Positions 59,001 through 64,000 of a DNA stretch of 64,000 bases are shown here, one piece after another. The translations under genes and the position numbers were made by a program. The stretch spans positions 10,768,991 through 10,832,990 of the forward strand of contig NC_057720.1 of the NCBI RefSeq assembly GCF_004010195.1. Direction: 5' to 3'. The stretch's first letter is position 1; each line of letters starts with the position of its first letter. The notes under the pieces are model-generated. The model saw only the letters and a list, made by a program, of their open reading frames with translations. It had not been told where the DNA came from and searched no databases. The stretch comes from Chiloscyllium plagiosum (lineage: Eukaryota).

Positions 59001-60348
59001 CCTTGAGTGTTCAACTGAGTAATTTATTAAAGGTTGTGAGGTTTCCTGCCTGAACTACCCTCCCAAGCAGTGCATTCCACGCCCCCACCACCCTTTAGAG
59101 TTATGGGGTGTATGGGAGGTTGTCTGAGGTAACATTGGAATTGTCATTGGGTTTGGGACTAATGACATTTCCAAGTACAAATGGTTTAGGAGCTGACTCA
59201 GGCAAAATCATAATTCAATAACAAGTAGGTACATTTGTACATCAACACCTTACCGTTTTGTACATATCCTGGGATGTACATGGCAGTACATGGCATGGCT
59301 TTGCTTCCTGGTTGTTAACCTTACTATTCCATCTTTTCCTTGTACAGATATTTTAATGGTGTATCTCCCATTACCAAGAAATTCAGTAAAATACCGAGAA
59401 TAAACTCCATCATTTCTAACAGCATCAGCACCTAAAGATAAGAAGACAAATCAATTGCAAAGAGCCAAATCCAGTGTTAACTAATGATAATATTTTACTT
59501 TGGTCACAATGAAATATAACCATTTGCTAATTGGCTTCTACAGTGATGGATGTATTTACCTCCCCCATTGTCCAACAGCTCAAGATTCACAGGCTGACCA
59601 ATAGTCCTCTCTACTGTGGCTGTCACTTTGGCTCCAACAACAGGCAGGAAACCTTGGCTGACTTCTGCAAAAATGATCAGTGGGTTTGGAAAAGATGTTG
59701 TGTTTTGATTGAGGTGCGCGTTGACTGTGACAGGCGGAATATTCTCATCTGCTGCCCGTGATGTTACTGTTATCGTTACAACCTGAGGCATTCCAGCTCC
59801 ATTTTGTATGCCGTACATCCAGGCCCCTGACTGATGTAAAAACACCCCATTGTAATTGAAAAGAAGGAGATCAAAATTAAAGCAAAGAGAAAATTTAAAC
59901 ACACAGTCCAATCAGAACCGTACATGTGCCCGGCCAGGAATTGGAAGGCGAGCTGTCAACAAGACTGCGTCCATCTCAAAGTTTCCATTTCTGTAAAGCT
60001 TTCCATTGGGATCACGGATAAACATTTGTGGTGTGTCAGTCCCCCATGTTATTACAAAGAACGTGTTTTTCCCAACCGATTTATCAATGAAAACTGTACC
60101 ATTGAACCAGTCATTACTTGTAATGTTCTTTCCAGAACTTTCCAGCTGCAAGAAATCAAAACAGTCACTTTAAAATACCAACATACTTGTTATCAGAAAG
60201 CAGCAACAAATTCAAAGTCATTCTCTAAAGGATAGTCAAACCTGGATTGACTGTTGACTCATGTTCCCATTTCCTGATACTAATCCAGTGAAAGCATCAA
60301 CTAATCCATTTTCATCCAATTTATCAGTAGCTGCATACTGCAGGCCTC
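52592..60348 (-). CDS. CLCA: CLCA family gene copy B, partial (coding exons 9-14; 5' exons beyond window), frameshifted in exon 12 (possible pseudogene)
   Basis: Exon-for-exon paralog of copy A with the same splice sites; intron 8 runs off the window end. Confidence 0.93.
54632..55013. mobile_element. Palindromic family A element with two opposed hammerhead cores, inserted into a SINE, 17-bp direct repeat
   Basis: Cores at 54729-54756 (-) and 54929-54956 (+); CCAGAGTAAATAACTAG at 54615-54631 and 55014-55030; single site in copy A at about 7615-7630. Confidence 0.88.
55401..55637 (-). CDS. CLCA: CLCA copy B coding exon 13
   Basis: (G)QIHPNPPKP...PDVFPPSKIKDL...WTAPGDDLDQGT|GTAATT; 237 bp. 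Confidence 0.92.
55779..55863 (-). mobile_element. Short young SINE head plus (ATTAG)n tract, copy B only
   Basis: Reverse complement reads GGGCGGCACGGTGTCACAGTGGTTAGCACTGCTGCC; absent at about 8375 in copy A. Confidence 0.75.
56070..56428 (-). mobile_element. Penelope-like GIY-YIG fragment with Cys-rich linker (Neptune-like)
   Basis: GTFPCHRRNCKT...IIYCIRCSR*CLLYIGETG...ERFRE. Confidence 0.8.
57585..58596 (-). mobile_element. 5'-truncated Penelope-like element with inverted pLTR, GIY-YIG ORF and 12-bp TSD
   Basis: LPYIKNISE...NVVYKIPCKNCTKHYIGQTGRQL; inverted repeats about 57620-57810 and 58408-58598; TSD ACTAAAATAGTT at 57573-57584 and 58597-58608; empty site in copy A at about 13343. Confidence 0.9.
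59254..59431 (-). CDS. CLCA: CLCA copy B coding exon 12 with +10 bp frameshift
   Basis: 178 bp versus 168 bp in copy A; GTACATGGCA duplicated at 59276-59295. Confidence 0.9.
59560..59830 (-). CDS. CLCA: CLCA copy B coding exon 11
   Basis: SGAWMYGIQN...LELLDNGG(G)|GTAAAT; 271 bp. Confidence 0.92.
59924..60145 (-). CDS. CLCA: CLCA copy B coding exon 10
   Basis: LESSGKNITSNDWFNGTVFIDKSVG...ARLPIPGRAH|GTACGG; 222 bp. Confidence 0.92.
60242..60348 (-). CDS. CLCA: CLCA copy B coding exon 9
   Basis: (G)GLQYAATDKLDENGLVDAFTGLVSGNGNMSQQSIQ|GTTTGA; 107 bp. Confidence 0.92.
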
Positions 60349-61169
60349 CTAAAGATTGAACATGAGAAATAATAAGATCGATGTAGTGCTCATAACTAAT
60401 TGGGAAAGAAGCTGTGCACAAATTTAAACCACAAAACCTAATCATGAAACTCACGATAATCAGAATTAAAAGTAACAGCATCTGCTGATGAAATTATTTG
60501 GGGTGATATTAAATCGCAGGTTATTGGGTGATGTGAATGGGCAAGGTGACTTGATGGGTAAATGAATAGGAAGAGTTTAGAGGAATGTTGGCTAAATGCT
60601 GGCAAATGGGACGAGATTAATATCGGATATCTGGTCGGTATGGATGAGTTGGGCTGAAGGGTCTGCTTCCGTGCTGTACAGCTCTGTGAATCTATAACTC
60701 AGGAGATATGGGTTCAGTTGACCATTCACTGAGATAGTAGTGAGTGTCCTCCATTTCTCCTTGTAAGACAACCCCATCATCCCAAGGATTAATCCGGTGA
60801 CCATCCATTAATTATATTGTCGTAATAGCAAATATATCCCTCCTTGGAGATAAGTAACAAAACTTTGCCACGACTCTATACAGCTTCAATAAAACGTCTT
60901 TACTTCTGTATTCAAATCCCCTTGTCATGAAAGCCCACATACCATTGCCTTCCTAATTACTTGCTGCACCTGTTTGCTAACTTTAAATGATTCATGAAAA
61001 GGGAAATGCAGGTCCCCTTGACACCTACACTTCCCAGCTTCTCACTGTTTCAGAAATATTTGTCTTCCTGCTTTTTCTACTGAGGTGAATAGCTACATAT
61101 TTATTGATATACCATATCAACTGCTTTGTTTAATCGCCTGTACAAACCCTCTTGAAGCCTCTTTGTGTT

Positions 61170-63030
61170 GGAGTCATAGAGTCATAGAGACATACATCAC
61201 GGAAACAGATCTTTCGGACCAACTCCACAATGATGAACAGATATCCTAAATTAATCTAGGCTCCTTAGCCAGCATTTAGTCCATATGTGTAAACCCTTCT
61301 TACTCATAAACCCATCCAGGTGTCTTTTGAATAGATAATTGTAACAGCCACAACCACTTCCTCTGGCAGCTCATTCCATACATGCACAACCCTCTGCATG
61401 AAAACGTTGCTCCTTAGGTCCCTTTTAAATCTTTCCCCTCTCATCTTAAACCGATGCCCTCCAGTTTTGGACCTCCCTACCTTGGAGAAAAGACCTTGGC
61501 TGTTCACCCTATCCATGCCCCTCATGACTTTATAAACCTCTATAAGGTCACCCCTCAGCCTCTGACACTCCAGGGAAAACAGCCCCAGCCTATTCAGCGT
61601 CTCCCTATAGCTCATATCCTCCAACCCTGGCAACATCCTTGTAAATCTTTTCTGCATCCCTTCATGTTTCACAACAGTTTTTCCTCAAGCAGGGAGACCA
61701 GAATTGCATATGTTATTCCAAAGGTATCCTAACCAATGTCCTGTACAGCTGCAACAATGACCTCACATCTCTTGTACTCAATGCACTGACCAATAAAGGC
61801 AAACATACCAACTGCTTTCTTTACCATCCTCTCTACCTACAACTCCACTTTCAAGGAACAATGAACCTGCCATCCAAGGTCTCTTTGTTCAGCAACACTC
61901 CTCAGGAGCTTACTATTAAGTGTAAGTTCTTTCCAAAATGCAGTAACTCACATTTATCTAAATTAATCTTCATCTGCCATTCCTTGGTCCATTGGTCCAT
62001 TTTTGAGGTAACCTTCTTCACTGTCCACTGCACCTCCAATGTTGGTGTCATCTGCAAACTTACTAACTGTACAACCAATGTTCACATACATTAATAGAAA
62101 TTGAATTGTAAAGTCATTTGGCACGGAAACAGACCCTTCGGTCCAACCAGTCCAAACCGAACATAATCCAAACCTACCTTTTCTAGTCATGTATCTATCC
62201 AAATGTCTTTGAAATGTTTCTAATTCCACCTGCATCCGACACTTGCCAAGAACCGGTACAGCTGCAACAATGACCTCACATCTCTTGTACTCAATGCATT
62301 GACCAATAAAGGCAAACATACCAATTGCTTTCTTTACCATCCTCTCTACCTACAACTCCACTTTCAAGGAACTATGAACCTGCCATCCAAGGTCTCTTTG
62401 TTCAGCAACACTCCTCAGGAGCTTACTACTAAGTGTAAGTTCTTTCCAAAATGCAGTAACTCACATTTATCTAAATTAAACTTCATCTGCCACTCCTTGG
62501 TCCATTGGTCCATTTTTGAGGTAACCTTCTTCACTGTCCACTGCACCTCCAATGTTGGTGTCATCTGCAAACTTAGTAACTATACAACCAATGTTCACAT
62601 ACAAATCATTAATAGAAATTGAATTGTAAAGTCATTTGGCACAGAAACAGACCCTTCGGTCCAACCAGTCCAAACCGAACATAATCCAAACCTACCTTTT
62701 CTAGTCATGTATCTATCCAAATGTCTTTGAAATGTTTCTAATTCCACCTGCATCCGACACTTGCCAAGGAAGTTCATTCCACACACAAACCACCCTCTGT
62801 GTGAAAAATCTGTCTCTCGTGTCTTTTTTTAAATCTTTCCCCTCTCACCTTAAAAATATGCTCTCTTGTCCTGAAATTCCCCATCCTGGGAAAAAGACAG
62901 CTACCACTAACTCTATCTATACTTTTATTATTTTATAAACTGCTGTCAGGTTGCCTCTCAAGCTCCTACACTCCAGTGAAAATAGCCCCAGCGTATTCAA
63001 TCTGTCCCTCATTAACCCAGTCTGTGCGTA
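61170..63030 (-). mobile_element. Stacked CR1 LINE 3' fragments (paralog of 16105-17340)
   Basis: QKRFTRMLPGLEDMSYRE, SKFADDTN. Confidence 0.85.
61743..62768 (+). repeat. Tandem duplication of about 510 bp inside CR1 sequence (copy B only)
   Basis: 61743-62250 and 62256-62768 are near-identical; copy A has a single unit at about 16544-17078. Confidence 0.9.
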
Positions 63031-63729
63031 AGCTGAAATAGCCCATTATTATTACATTTCCCTCTTGACATACATCTCTAAGTTCCAGATTTGCATCAGG
63101 CCCAATTTTACCACTCCCATTTGGTGACCTGGAAATAAATCCTCCCAATGTTTGCTGCAATTTATTGTTTTTTCAGCATCTATCAAACTGATTTCACATC
63201 TTGACCCTTCTGCCTGGGATCCTTCATTACAAAGGTACTGATGTCACAAGCACAGGGACTAATAGGGCAAATGCTCATTTGCTTTCTCCACTGTAATAAC
63301 CTCTCATTCAGAGGAGCAAATATTTCCCAAGATTGATGTTATCTTAGCATTAATCAATTTTCTACATTGCACAGTGACTACAGTTAAAGAAAATAAAACC
63401 TATTTGGCTACATGTTGGTACACCCTGAATTTATTAAAAGCGCTGTAGAAATGAGGTTTCTTATTATCTTTCTATTGAGGCCCAGCTTTGGACATTCTGA
63501 ACAAAATTCACACTGGACTTGAAACATTAACTGTTTCTCTCTCCACAGATTTTAGCACATTTGTTGAGTTTCTCCAGTATTCTCTGTATTTGTTTAAGGG
63601 ACATTCTGGTTTGTAAGGTCAAGTTCTTTTCCCTGAATCTTCAAAGAAGCTCACAGAAATATATTTTTATCTTAGTAACTAGACACTCAAAAATACTTAA
63701 TATTGCCTGTTAAACTAATTCCTGTATTT

Positions 63730-64000
63730 CATTGAGTACAGGAGTTGGGAGGTCATGTTGCGGCTGTTCAGGTCATTGGTTTGGCCACTTTTGGAATATT
63801 GTGTGCAATTCTGGTCTTCTACCTATCGGAAGGCTGTTGTGAAACTTGAAATGGTTCGGAAAAGATGTTTCCAGAGTTGGAGGATTTGAGCTATAGGGAG
63901 AGGTTGAATAGGCTAGGGATGTTTTCCCTGGAGCGTCGGAGGCTGAGGGGTGACCTTAAAGAGGTTTATAAAATCATGAGGGGCATGGATAGAGTAAATA
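63730..64000 (+). mobile_element. CR1 LINE fragment (paralog of 18030-18638), runs off the window
   Basis: LEYCVQFWS, LERRRLRGDLKEVYKIM. Confidence 0.85.

Noticed and set aside
1..64000. CRISPR arrays or prokaryotic systems
   Set aside because: The sequence is intron-containing vertebrate DNA; recurring palindromes are dispersed retroelement parts, not repeat-spacer arrays.

Overview
Eukaryotic, TE-rich vertebrate DNA, most likely shark (inferred from elasmobranch-type tRNA-derived SINEs, dense CR1 LINEs and Penelope-like elements). Three N-gaps are present, all inside repeats. The main content is a tandem pair of minus-strand CLCA (calcium-activated chloride channel regulator) genes. Copy A has 14 coding exons (ATG 37535, stop 5280): signal peptide, HEXXH zinc metalloprotease, vWA/MIDAS, FnIII-like region, mucin-like stalk and C-terminal TM. 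Copy B contributes only coding exons 9-14 (60348-52592); its 5' part lies beyond the window. Both copies are lesioned as assembled. In A, the active-site exon 4 is cut just after HEWAHLQWGVFDE and fused to a truncated SINE. In B, a 10-bp tandem duplication frameshifts exon 12 at the AMYIPG self-cleavage region. Between them is a decayed TRIM-like PRY-SPRY (B30.2) fragment. Several Penelope-like families, often palindromic with 12-17 bp target-site duplications, carry minimal hammerhead ribozyme motifs (CUGANGA-stem II-GAAA-NN-UH). All of this was read by eye; no database search or folding was run.
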